Assembly: GCA_963815455.1 (NCBI GenBank)
Contig: CAWFGO010000003.1
Span: 352,001 to 416,000, forward strand
Origin: an uncultured Verrucomicrobiae bacterium
Lineage (GTDB): Bacteria > Verrucomicrobiota > Verrucomicrobiia > Chthoniobacterales > UBA10450
Reading direction: 5' to 3'
DNA length: 64,000 nt
In this document: positions 35,342-44,548 of the stretch, piece after piece
How the letters are laid out: each line of letters begins with the position of its first letter
Position numbering within the stretch: the first letter of the stretch is position 1
Notes under the pieces: generated by a model
The model's input: only the letters and a program-made list of their open reading frames with translations
What the model was told of the DNA's origin: nothing
The model's database searches: none
Translations under genes and position numbers: made by a program

Positions 35342-37163
35342 TCATGATACCTTCCGGCCGAATTTTTTCTCCAGCTCGGCGTTTGAGATCTGGATCATGG
35401 TGGGTCGGCCATGGGGACAGCAATAGGGCAGGTCGCAGGCCAGCAGATCGCGGATCAGTTTTTCCACTTCCGGATAACGCAACGGATCGTTCGCTTTCAC
35501 CGCGTGGCGGCAGACCGTGCTGGCGATCATGTCCTCGCCCAGACGCAACGCCGAGCTGCGATCGCTGGCGCTCTTGAGATCGTCGATCACGCGCTGCATG
35601 AAGCTGACCGGGTCGGATGTCTTAAGGAATGCCGGCAGACTGTCGATCTTAAATGTGTTAGGCCCGAAGCTTTCGATGCCGATCCCCATTTTTTGCAGGA
35701 TCGACATGTTTCGCTCGATCCATTCGGCGTCGCGCGGCGGCAGATCGAATGTCTGCGGGATGAGCAATTTCTGCGATGGCACCCCCTGCTCTTCCATTCG
35801 GCGGCGCAATTCCTCGAACAAAATGCGCTCGTGCGCGGCATGTTGATCGACCAGGACCAGTCCGTCCGCGTTCTCCATTAACACGTAAAGCTTGTTCAGG
35901 ACGCCGATGATTTGGAATTGCTGCGGGCTCGCGTCGCGGACGTTCGACTGCCGGCGATTCTTGAGGGCATCGCGCCGGGCGAAACGAACACGCGACCGGG
36001 GTCGGCGCCCCCGGCTACAGATTCGAGTTGGGGCAATTCGCGATGCGATGGTTCCGTCGAGATTATCTCGGGACGCAATGTTAGATCGACAACCGCAGTT
36101 TCCCGGGACGACACGGGGTCGTCCCTCCAGGAAGCGCAACCGGCGCACTGAATTTTTCCTGCCAATCGGTTCGTCCGCCCTCCAGGGTGCGCTGAATTGC
36201 GGCGACGACTGCTTCGCGGACGCCGTTGGGATCGCGAAACCGGACTTCGCGCTTGGCCGGATGAACGTTCACATCGACGAACGCCGGATCGAGACGCACA
36301 AAAAGAAACGTGACCGGGAATTGTCCTTTCATGAGCGCAGTGTGATAACCCTCGCGCAACGCCGAAGTGACAACCGGGCTCTCGATCGCGCGGCCATTGA
36401 CGAATACCAGCTGCTGGGCCCGGGTTTGCCGGCTCAATCCCGCCTGCCCAATCAACCCGCCGATGTCGATGTTGCCCGAGCCGGCGGCATTCAACGGAAG
36501 CAAGCGTTCGAGCAACTCGCTCCCGTACAAATCGCGGATGCGATCGTTGAGATCGGCCGCGGGCGGGAGCTGAAACACGACGCGATCTTCGCGCACAAAC
36601 GTGAATGCGATCTCCGGATGACCGATCGCCTGGAGATGCAGTTGATGCTCGATGTTCCGGCTCTCGGTATTTTCCGAGCGCAGAAATTTCCGGCGGGCGG
36701 GCATGTTGTAAAAAAGCGAGCGCACTTCCACTTGCGTGCCCGGCGCTTCCCCGCCGTCGCGGACGACGTCGATCTTGCCCGCGTTGACCACGATATCGGT
36801 CCCGGCGAGCGCGTCTCGTTCCCGAGTGGTCAGGCGAAATCGCGAAACGCTGGCGATGCTCGGCAACGCTTCGCCCCGAAATCCGAGCGTGGCGACGGCC
36901 TGGAGATCTTCCGCCGACCGAATTTTACTGGTGGCGTGACGTTCGAGACAAAGCAGCGCGTCGTCCCGGTCCATTCCCGAGCCGTCGTCGATCACCCGAA
37001 TGAGCGCGATGCCGCCGCGCCGGATGAGGATGTCGATCTTGCGCGCGCCGGCGTCGATGCTGTTCTCGACCAGTTCCTTCACCACCGATGCCGGCCGCTC
37101 GACCACTTCGCCGGCCGCGACCTGGCTGGCCACAGTTTCGGAAAGCAATCGAATTCGGCTCAT
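35342..37163 (-). CDS. mutL: DNA mismatch repair endonuclease MutL, frameshift in the linker
   Basis: AAGEVVERPASVVKELVENSIDAG, GFRGEAL, DVNVHP, DQHAAHERILFE and CPHGRP motifs. Confidence 0.95.
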
Positions 37164-37165
37164 GC

Positions 37166-37273
37166 GATGTTTGATGTTCGATGTTTGATGTTCGATTTCC
37201 AGAGCAAACATCGCTCGCCGCGGAGGAGGCGGAAAACGCTCGACGCCCAATGCCCAACGCCCAACGCCCAATG
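37166..37273. repeat. Two 7-nt tandem arrays upstream of mutL; the proximal one ends 2 nt before ATG
   Basis: (GATGTTY)n at 37166-37197 and (CGCCCAA)n at 37238-37273. Confidence 0.75.
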
Positions 37274-37368
37274 GGAAGAGGGAAATATCGAGGCCTGGCT
37301 TCTTCGACGACTTCGCGCTGTGGCTACATGATTGACTTGAAACGCTCCGAACGTAACTTGCGGACGCT

Positions 37369-37737
37369 ATGTTGAATGTCACCGAAAACGCGGCGCGGCA
37401 GCTTCGTTCGCTGCTGCAAAAGGAGGCGGCTGATAGCGGCCACAAGGGTCTTCGCGTCCAAATCTCAAAGGGCGGCTGCTCGGGGCTGCATTACGAGATG
37501 GCGCTCGATGAAAAGAAATCGGGCGACGCGGTGGTCGAGCGCGATGGCGTGCAGTTTCTGGTCGATGACGAAAGTGCCGCTTATCTGCGCGACGCCACGC
37601 TCGATTTTCGCGATGGCCTGACCGGCGTCGGTTTTCACATTGTGAACCCAAACGCGTCGCGGACTTGTGGGTGCGGTTCGTCGTTCGAAGCGGCCAAGCT
37701 CGCCCCGGCGAGCCCGTCCGGCGGCGGATCCGCATGA
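37369..37737 (+). CDS. iscA: HesB/IscA Fe-S cluster assembly carrier
   Basis: GGCSG and NPNASRTCGCGSSF motifs. Confidence 0.9.
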   Translation: MLNVTENAARQLRSLLQKEAADSGHKGLRVQISKGGCSGLHYEMALDEKKSGDAVVERDGVQFLVDDESAAYLRDATLDFRDGLTGVGFHIVNPNASRTCGCGSSFEAAKLAPASPSGGGSA

Positions 37738-37765
37738 AAATGCTCAAACTCTTCGTTTCCCCCTA

Positions 37766-39443
37766 ATGGATTACGGCAGCTATCGGTACGAGGATCCTTA
37801 CTCGGGTCCGCCGCGGCGTTCGCGCGTCAATTATTTCGCCTGGACGGTGGCGATCCTTCTTCTGACCGGCTTCGCCCTGGCCGCGTGGCTCGGCAGTTTT
37901 TACATTTTCGATCAACCGGAACGCCCGGACAGTTACCGCATATTGCAGCGGCTTCACAAGGTCGAACAGCCGAAGCGTTTCGAATTGACCGCCGCGCCGA
38001 AGGGCGAGTTCCTGAGCGCGAAACAATTTTACGATCGATATGCGTCGATGGGCGCGGCCGAGATGGCCAAGTCCAACGCCGAGCTCACCCGCAATTACAT
38101 TCGCAACTACGGCCACGTGCGCGGCCTGGTGCCGTACGTCGTCGGCCGGTTCACCATCATGGAAGCGCGCGAGCTTGGGCCGAACGACATTTTCACATCG
38201 GGCATGGTCGCCCTGACCGCTTCGACCGATCATCGGTGGAGTCCTGATGGAGCATCTCTATCCGGCCGACGCCAACGTCGTGCCGTTGATGAAACAAACG
38301 CTCAATCCCGGTTTGGAGATAAAGTTCGATCGCACCCATGATCTTTCGGCAGTGATCCATGTCGAGCGGCTCGATGACGGCCGGCTCATGCTTACCGCCA
38401 TCCCGCTGCTTTACGGCACTTATACCATGACCCGCGGCCCGGGAACGTTCAGCCTCGATCCGCCGTTGATGCTCAATCTCGAAGCCGGGTGGCCGTTGTT
38501 TAAGCAGCAATCCCGTCTCCGGGCCGAGATGCATTACAGGAATTACCGTCAGGAAATGGGCGTCGCGCAGGGACAGGTCTCCGGCCAGGTGCCGATTCCC
38601 GGGTTTTCGCCCGCCGGGACGCCGCCACCCGCCGCGAACGCGTTAGTCCGAGTCGAGCCGGCCAAGCCAGTCGAAACGCCCGCCATTGTTCACGTGCCGC
38701 CCAAGGAGGAGAAAGTGGCCAAGGCGACGCCGACACCAAAGGGGAAATTGGCCAAGAAAAAAACCGCCTCGCCCGCGCCGACCGCAACCGCGGAACCGAT
38801 CGTCGCGGAGAAAGCCCTTCCGGTAACGGCGAAGCCTGTGACGGTGGCAATGACCAAAGCGACTCCGTCACCGCCGCCGGCTCCATCCGAAGCTCCGGTT
38901 CAGAAAGCAGCACCCGTGGCCGCAACGCCGCCTGTTGTTGAACCGAAGATCGCCGATGCCGCCTCACCGGCTGCTTCTAATGTTGCCAGCCCGACGCCTC
39001 CGCCCGCCGCTACCGAGGTGCCGGTCTTGCCCGCGCAACCCGCGCCGGCAGCCGGAACCCTCGCCTCGACCGCAGGCGGCGGCACTTGGAAAACTTTTTC
39101 CCCGGGAAGAATGCCGCTGGGCCGGTTGATCAACACCGGCGATCTTCACGATATCGCCGATCATGGCCTGGCCGGCGAACGCGTTTATTTGCGCGGTCAG
39201 TTCGTGGTGAATTTCTCCGATGCCAACCGCGCCGTGCTGCGTCCGCGAAAAGGTTTGGCCGATACTGTCCTGCATTTTGGATCGACAACGCGCATCATTG
39301 TCGAGTTCCCGGCCGGTTACAGGCCGCCGCGGCAGGGCGCAATTGTCAGCCGCGACGAAGCGCGTCCCTACGAAATCACCGAGGTTCGCAAACAGGACGA
39401 CGGCCAGCTCAACGTCTTCGTCCGCGAAATCATGGAGCCGTGA
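37766..39443 (+). CDS. Membrane-anchored hypothetical protein with long Pro/Ala linker (frameshift near 38235)
   Basis: N-terminal TM; two consecutive ORFs (37667-38341 and 38247-39443). Confidence 0.65.
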
Positions 39444-39463
39444 AAACGCGACAAGACGGATGT

Positions 39464-39620
39464 TTTTTTAACAGAAGATAACGAAAGTAACAAAGGGATC
39501 GTACATTCTTGGATCGCCGCCAAATAGAACTTCAGACACGGCGACCCATCCGACTGCCGCTCAGGGCAGGCTCCGCTGCCGTGGCTACATCTCGTCACTC
39601 GTCACACGTCACTCGTCACT
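39464..39620. repeat. Repeat mosaic: ACAGAAG arm, CGACT..GCTCAGGGCAGG/GGCTACA unit and (TCGTCAC)n array
   Basis: Each piece recurs elsewhere in the window (40932, 43170, 47060, 47104). Confidence 0.7.
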
Positions 39621-39621
39621 G

Positions 39622-40293
39622 TTAGTCCGTCCCGGATTTCAGAATCAATTTCCCGTCCCGGATCTCGAACGAGCCTTTACGATACACGTCGGTATAATCG
39701 GAGAGATATTCCCGAAACCGGCGGGACCGGAATCTCCATTCCAGCAAATCGTGCGGCAACGGCTGCTTGTTCACTTCCACCCGGTTCAATTGCATGTGCT
39801 CGAACGATTGCGGCCCGTCCGATTCCACCACGACGTCGGCGTTGAAATAATGACCGGCCCGGCCCAGGAGTCTGGCCAGCGGAATGCTCACCTGCAGCCG
39901 CAGACGATTGCCCTCGATCGAGGCAAACATTTTTCCGGCCAGGTCCGGGTTGGCTGCGATGCGAGTATTAATATCTCGACCGCTCAGCTCGATCGTGGCC
40001 GGTTGACCTTCGTGCGCCGCTTCCTCAAATTTTTGCCAGCGCATCTGCACCTCTTCCATCTCGGCATCCGACGGCTTGAATTCCGGGAACGTCGCCCGGT
40101 TTTCGGACAGCGCGTGGATTTTGGTCGCCCAAAAGACGACCCGGGCCAGGGCCGAATGGGTGTGCATTCCCCAATAAATTCCCGCAAAACCGGCAATGAT
40201 CAGCAGCGCCAAAAACACCGCCAGAATCAGGCAACCCTTGCCGAAACAACCGATCCCCTGCCTCGGGGGCGGCTCAATCCAGCTGCTGTTCAT
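39622..40293 (-). CDS. Hypothetical membrane-anchored protein
   Basis: GCFGKGCLI followed by a TM helix; intact 223 aa; ATG directly abuts an (AAAATCG)n array. Confidence 0.75.
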   Translation of the reverse strand: MNSSWIEPPPRQGIGCFGKGCLILAVFLALLIIAGFAGIYWGMHTHSALARVVFWATKIHALSENRATFPEFKPSDAEMEEVQMRWQKFEEAAHEGQPATIELSGRDINTRIAANPDLAGKMFASIEGNRLRLQVSIPLARLLGRAGHYFNADVVVESDGPQSFEHMQLNRVEVNKQPLPHDLLEWRFRSRRFREYLSDYTDVYRKGSFEIRDGKLILKSGTD

Positions 40294-40340
40294 TTTCGAT
40301 TTTCAATTTTCGATTTTCGATTTGGCTCCGCGTCATTCGC

Positions 40341-40397
40341 TGTAGCCGCCTCGTCCGCCACCCGGACGGACTCGCCGTGGCGAGCTCTGTCGAGGCG
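40341..40397. repeat. GTAG REP carrying a 31-bp micro-insert (40354-40384)
   Basis: TGTAGCCGCCTCG[TCCGCCACCCGGACGGACTCGCCGTGGCGAG]CTCTGTCGAGGCG. Confidence 0.8.
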
Positions 40398-40407
40398 CCC
40401 CTCCTGA

Positions 40408-40929
40408 TCACTGGTCACTGGCCACTATCTTGTTCTGCTCCTCGATCAATTTTTCATACAAGCCGCGCAATCCCTCCGACAGCGTTCTTGTCCCGCTGAT
40501 CATCGGCATAAAATTCGTATCGCCATTCCAGCGCGGCACGATGTGAATGTGCAAATGGTCCGGCACACCCGCTCCCGCGCACTCGCCCAGATTCAACCCG
40601 ACATTGAACCCTTGCGCTTTCACCGTCGCCCGCAACAATTTTTGCGCGTGCGTCACCAGATTCCAGAGCTCGACAATTTCATTTTCGCCCAAGGCATCGA
40701 GATCGGCCGTTTTGCGATAGGGCACCGCCATCAGATGTCCCACCGCGTAGGGATAACGATTCATCATCAGGAAGGCCGTCTTCCGACGCGCGATGACGAG
40801 ATGGGCTGCGTCATCGCTGGCCCGGGCCGCTTCCGATAAAAACTCCGAGTTCGGTTTTTTCTGGAAATATTCCACCCGCCACGGCGCCCAGATCGTTTCC
40901 AGCTCTCGTTTCGGAAATTCCATCGACAT
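40408..40929 (-). CDS. HIT-family hydrolase (Ap4A phosphorylase-like)
   Basis: IWAPWR, NRYPY, GFNVGLN and HLHIHIVPRW motifs. Confidence 0.9.
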   Translation of the reverse strand: MSMEFPKRELETIWAPWRVEYFQKKPNSEFLSEAARASDDAAHLVIARRKTAFLMMNRYPYAVGHLMAVPYRKTADLDALGENEIVELWNLVTHAQKLLRATVKAQGFNVGLNLGECAGAGVPDHLHIHIVPRWNGDTNFMPMISGTRTLSEGLRGLYEKLIEEQNKIVASDQ

Positions 40930-40931
40930 GA

Positions 40932-41041
40932 TTTAACAGAAGATAACAAAGTAAACGAAGGTATTTTCTCTATTCGGCCTCTGAAATCTCTGACTTCGGG
41001 TCTCCGAAATCTGGCCGGATCTTCGGTTTCCTTCTGTAAAA
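40932..41041. repeat. MITE-like element with ACAGAAG..AAC terminal inverted repeats
   Basis: TTTAACAGAAGATAAC... / ...GTTTCCTTCTGTAAAA; ends 2 nt from the HIT ATG. Confidence 0.75.
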
Positions 41042-41077
41042 CTCCCCGTGATCTCCGTGGTGAAAATCGACCGGCGA

Positions 41078-42316
41078 TCACATCGCCACAGTCACCCGGA
41101 CACGCAAAAATAATTTCGTGGCCGCGCCGATCGCGACCGTCGCTTTCACGGTTTGCAGGTCGCCGTGTTGTTCCAGAATTTCATTCTGCGGCATCGCGGT
41201 GGTCCAGGTCGTCAGGTTACTGGACGATTCGACTGCGTAGGTGTAACCGGCCACGATTATCTTCTGATACGTCACGCTCAGGTTGGTGCCGCTTCGGCTC
41301 ACTCCATACAAGGCGGGCGGAGGCGTCGGCCCGCCGACTTGCAGGATCGACAACACCGGCAGATGGTCCGACGCCGTGGCCGAATCGGCGGCAACGAAAT
41401 TGGTTCCGTTAGCCGCGTTCAACGCGGCCAGTTGCACGGCGGTGTATTGCTTGGTATCGAACACCTGGCCGCCGAGAAAGCTGGCCCTGATAAACATCGC
41501 GTAATCGAATCGCGCGTCCGGCGTCGTGGAATCGATAGTGTCGTAGTTCATGGCGATGCTGCCGGGCGACGGATCGATCAAACCGGCCGAATGCATCGTC
41601 GTGATCGGCGCGTAAGGCTGGCCCGAAACGGGCAGGATATCGCCAATTTGATGTCCGCTCCAATTGCACGATTCGCCCGGATCTTCGGTTTCGTTCCAAT
41701 CGCCCGTGACGCCGATCGCATCCGTTGGGTGCGACGCGATCCAACTGGCAATGGTGGCGCTGTCCGCATTCGCTCCGGCCTGGCGTTGTCTGGCATCGTT
41801 GGTCGTGCTCAACGCTTTCAAATGAGCCGTGAACAGGTCGAGCCTGGTTACACCGGGCACATTCACCGAAGCGTTGGTTAGTCCGCGCAGTGAACCGAAC
41901 CCGCCCCCGGCATCGGAGTAAGTATGAGTTGAGGCGAACGAATACCGCGACACGATCGCCTGGGTCGTGAACCCGTCGTTGATCGTGCTGATGTAAATGA
42001 AGAAATCCAGGTTCTCCTGCGGGCTCGGGCCGAAGATGGTGAGCCGGGTTTGAATGAAACTGACGAGATAGTTGTGCGCGTTCGTCGTGTTGAAACTGAC
42101 GCTGTTTCCGCCCAGCTCGTTGATCGTCCAGATATCGGGGTTGAGATAATTAACGATCTTGGCCAGGGCGGGCTGGGCCGAGAGGTTGGAATCGCTCCCT
42201 CCGATGTCGCGATTAATATTGTGATCGAGCAGCCGGACAGTGGTCTGCGCATCGAGTGAACTGAGCGGGCCGATGATAAAGGCCAGCGCCCCGCAAACGA
42301 GCCGGATTCGTTTCAT
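41078..42316 (-). CDS. Secreted endonuclease/exonuclease/phosphatase-family protein with a C-terminal beta domain
   Basis: Signal peptide; HNI, NE, HLKA, GDWN, RFDY and SDHLPV motifs. Confidence 0.85.
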   Translation of the reverse strand: MKRIRLVCGALAFIIGPLSSLDAQTTVRLLDHNINRDIGGSDSNLSAQPALAKIVNYLNPDIWTINELGGNSVSFNTTNAHNYLVSFIQTRLTIFGPSPQENLDFFIYISTINDGFTTQAIVSRYSFASTHTYSDAGGGFGSLRGLTNASVNVPGVTRLDLFTAHLKALSTTNDARQRQAGANADSATIASWIASHPTDAIGVTGDWNETEDPGESCNWSGHQIGDILPVSGQPYAPITTMHSAGLIDPSPGSIAMNYDTIDSTTPDARFDYAMFIRASFLGGQVFDTKQYTAVQLAALNAANGTNFVAADSATASDHLPVLSILQVGGPTPPPALYGVSRSGTNLSVTYQKIIVAGYTYAVESSSNLTTWTTAMPQNEILEQHGDLQTVKATVAIGAATKLFLRVRVTVAM

Positions 42317-42391
42317 GAACCGCCGCGATTATCTCAGGCTGCCGCCCGTCGCGCGAGTAAAAACCGAACCGATCACCACGAAATCGGAGAG

Positions 42392-42548
42392 TTTTTTTAC
42401 AGAAGGCAACGAAGGAAACAAAGAATCCACAAGCGTCGGATCGGGACCCACAAACCTGCGTTCCCGCAGTCTGCTCTTCCTGTTTTCCTGCTTTCCTGAT
42501 TATTTCCGTCTCCCTCCTTCTTCGTTCCCTTCGTTTCCTTCTGTGAAA
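42392..42548. repeat. MITE-like ACAGAAG element, copy without insert
   Basis: About 30-bp imperfect TIRs; the internal sequence is nearly identical to 43781-44036. Confidence 0.85.
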
Positions 42549-42638
42549 TAAATCCGAGTCATCCGCGTAATCCGCGGTTGGATTTGAGCGTTGGGCGTTT
42601 TCCCCAACTTCCCGCCACTGTCTCTTCGTTTCTTTCGG

Positions 42639-42872
42639 TTACGCGCCCGTTTCTGCCCCATTGCCCGCTTGATGGAGCCCGGTCATCGTCAGCAATGGCA
42701 GAACATCGAACGCCTCATCCGGATCATTTTTGTCAAACACGACAACATAAGCCGCCCGGGGCGGAAGCGCGATGTAATCCCGATGCGGCACCTCATATTG
42801 GTTCCCATCGGCCATCTTCAACACGAAGGGGAGATTGCGCTCGATGGCTTTCTCGATCTGGGAGCGTGTCAC
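42639..42872 (-). CDS. Small hypothetical protein (PFxLxMADGxxYxVxH type)
   Basis: 77 aa from GTG; TTGACA about 30 nt upstream. Confidence 0.6.
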   Translation of the reverse strand: MTRSQIEKAIERNLPFVLKMADGNQYEVPHRDYIALPPRAAYVVVFDKNDPDEAFDVLPLLTMTGLHQAGNGAETGA

Positions 42873-43061
42873 AGCAACGAACATCGCAGAGCGCTTTTTT
42901 CATGTCAATTTTACCGTCGCTTGCATCGTAGTCTCGTAGTCCTGTGGTCAGTCGTCAGTCGTCAGTCGTCAGTAGTCCCTTCCTTCCTTGCCCCTTTGCT
43001 CTTCCCACTTCCCTTCCTTCGTTCCCTTAGTTTCCTTCTGTAAAAATCCCAATTCGCCTCG

Positions 43062-43206
43062 GTGTAGAGGCGGCCGTGCCGGCCGCTTCCGAAGAACGAA
43101 ACGGCGTCTGACACAGACGCCCTACAACAATGCAGCTCTTCTGCCTCTGATTTCTGCACGGCGATCCGTTCGACTGCTGCTCAGGGTAGGCTCCGCTGGC
43201 GCGGCT
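43062..43206. repeat. Composite REP doublet, direct-repeat copy 1
   Basis: GTGTAGAGGCGGCCGTGCCGGCCGC...GGCGTCTGACACAGACGCCCTACAA...; matches 46952-47096. Confidence 0.85.
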
Positions 43207-43370
43207 TTTCGTTCCCGCAGCCTGCCGGCCGTGGCGGGTTTCCTTCTGTAAAAATCCCGCTTTTCTTCTGTAACAGGAGTTCGTCCAGTATAGGACGAAC
43301 TTGGCGCTAGAGAGGATATTGAGATTTCGCACTTTGCCTCTCTCACTGAATCAGCTAATATTCCTGGGTA

Positions 43371-43664
43371 ATGGTCAGCACGCTCAAGATCTACGACATC
43401 CTGGAGCAGGCGCAGATCGACGAGAAACACGCTCGCGCCATCACCGCCGCCATCGAGCGCGCACTGGACGAGAACAATCTCGATCAGGCGCGTGTCCTCG
43501 CGACGAAAGAGGATATCGCCAAATTGCGCGAGGAGTCGGCCAAATTGCGCGGCGAACTGATCGAGAAAATCGCCGATGCCAAGGTCGAGATCATTCGTTG
43601 GATGTTTATCTTCTGGATCGGCCTTATCCCCATCATCGCCGCGTTGATCAAGTTCATCCGCTGA
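43371..43664 (+). CDS. DUF1640/CCDC90-like coiled-coil membrane protein
   Basis: TLKIYDIL, LATKEDI and EIIRWMF motifs plus C-terminal TM. Confidence 0.8.
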   Translation: MVSTLKIYDILEQAQIDEKHARAITAAIERALDENNLDQARVLATKEDIAKLREESAKLRGELIEKIADAKVEIIRWMFIFWIGLIPIIAALIKFIR

Positions 43665-43672
43665 CCCGAGCA

Positions 43673-43768
43673 TCACTGCTCAAGGAGAGAAACCAAATCG
43701 TTGAAACTAATGTTGTAGTCGGACCGGCCGGACAGTATCTGCTGCCACACTTTTTCGTGCTTCGACAC
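43673..43768 (-). pseudogene. HicA-like toxin N-terminal fragment (31 aa)
   Basis: MSKHEKVWQQILSGRSDYNISFNDLVSLLEQ*; resembles the ILSGxSDxNIxF start of HicA-type toxins; the GSH motif is missing. Confidence 0.55.
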
Positions 43769-43780
43769 ACGGCAAAATCT

Positions 43781-44036
43781 TTTTAACAGAAGGCAACGAA
43801 GGAAACAAAGAATCCACAAGCGTCGGATCGGGACCCACAAACCTGCGTTCCCGCAGTCTGCCCGGTCTGGTCGCCGCGCCTGTAGCCGCCTCGTCCGCCA
43901 CCGGACGGACTCGCCGTGGCGAGCTGTGTCGAGGCGTCCCCGGCCTCGCCTCAATCCTCTCCCCTCTTCCTGTTTTCCTGCTTTCCTGATTATTCCCGTC
44001 TCCCTCCTTCGTTCCTTAGTTTCCTTCTGTAAAAAT
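43781..44036. repeat. MITE-like ACAGAAG element with a nested REP and 30-bp micro-insert
   Basis: Equals 42392-42548 plus an insert of about 103 bp containing TGTAGCCGCCTCG[30-mer]CTGTGTCGAGGCG. Confidence 0.85.
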
Positions 44037-44347
44037 CCCTGCCTTTCTCCTGTAAAGCCCTTCGGTTCGCCCCCTGGCCACAAGCCGCAGGGCCCTGAGG
44101 CCCGGGGGGTTATTCACAACCCCACCGCTGGACGAGTTTACCCTGCATTCGATTACGAAGAATTGTGGGATTTTGATTGACTCTAAGGCCAAAAATTGGT
44201 GTGATATGCCCTGATTTTGTCGCCAAAAGGGTTAGGCACAAACGGACACCGATTTTACTTCATTTTTTGACCACGGATTACGCCGATTTACACGGAAACC
44301 ATTCGCCTGCCTTCACTGTGACCTCTGATCTGCCATCTGCCAAAGGA

Positions 44348-44545
44348 ATGATTCGCCACGCCGGGCCTCCGGGCGCGAAGCCCGACCCTTACGCGGCCGG
44401 CGCGCATCGGACTTTTGACGTGGTGCTCGTGGTCCTGACCGCGGTGTTGATGTTCATCGTGTTCCGCACCGGCGGAAAAACGCACGCTAACCAAAACGCC
44501 ACCGACACCGCTCGCCCGGCTCAATCTCAGCAAGTCTCCAAATAA
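44348..44545 (+). CDS. Small single-TM hypothetical protein
   Basis: AAGGA before ATG; hydrophobic VVLVVLTAVLMFIVF; stop 3 nt before the next ATG. Confidence 0.4.
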   Translation: MIRHAGPPGAKPDPYAAGAHRTFDVVLVVLTAVLMFIVFRTGGKTHANQNATDTARPAQSQQVSK

Positions 44546-44548
44546 GCG

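Noticed and set aside
35892..37331. Long plus-strand ORF (479 aa), and similar antisense ORFs (e.g. 274-1125, 57219-58400)
   Set aside because: Antisense shadows of mutL and other well-supported genes in GC-rich DNA.
43278..43301. Perfect 9-bp hairpin AGTTCGTCC-N6-GGACGAACT
   Set aside because: Single occurrence with no U-tract; function cannot be supported.
42392..44036. Possible CRISPR array
   Set aside because: Repeats are inverted or nested with irregular spacing, there are no constant-length spacers, and there are no cas genes.
44050..44160. tRNA or riboswitch-like GC-rich structure (GGTTCG)
   Set aside because: No cloverleaf or recognisable aptamer consensus could be built.
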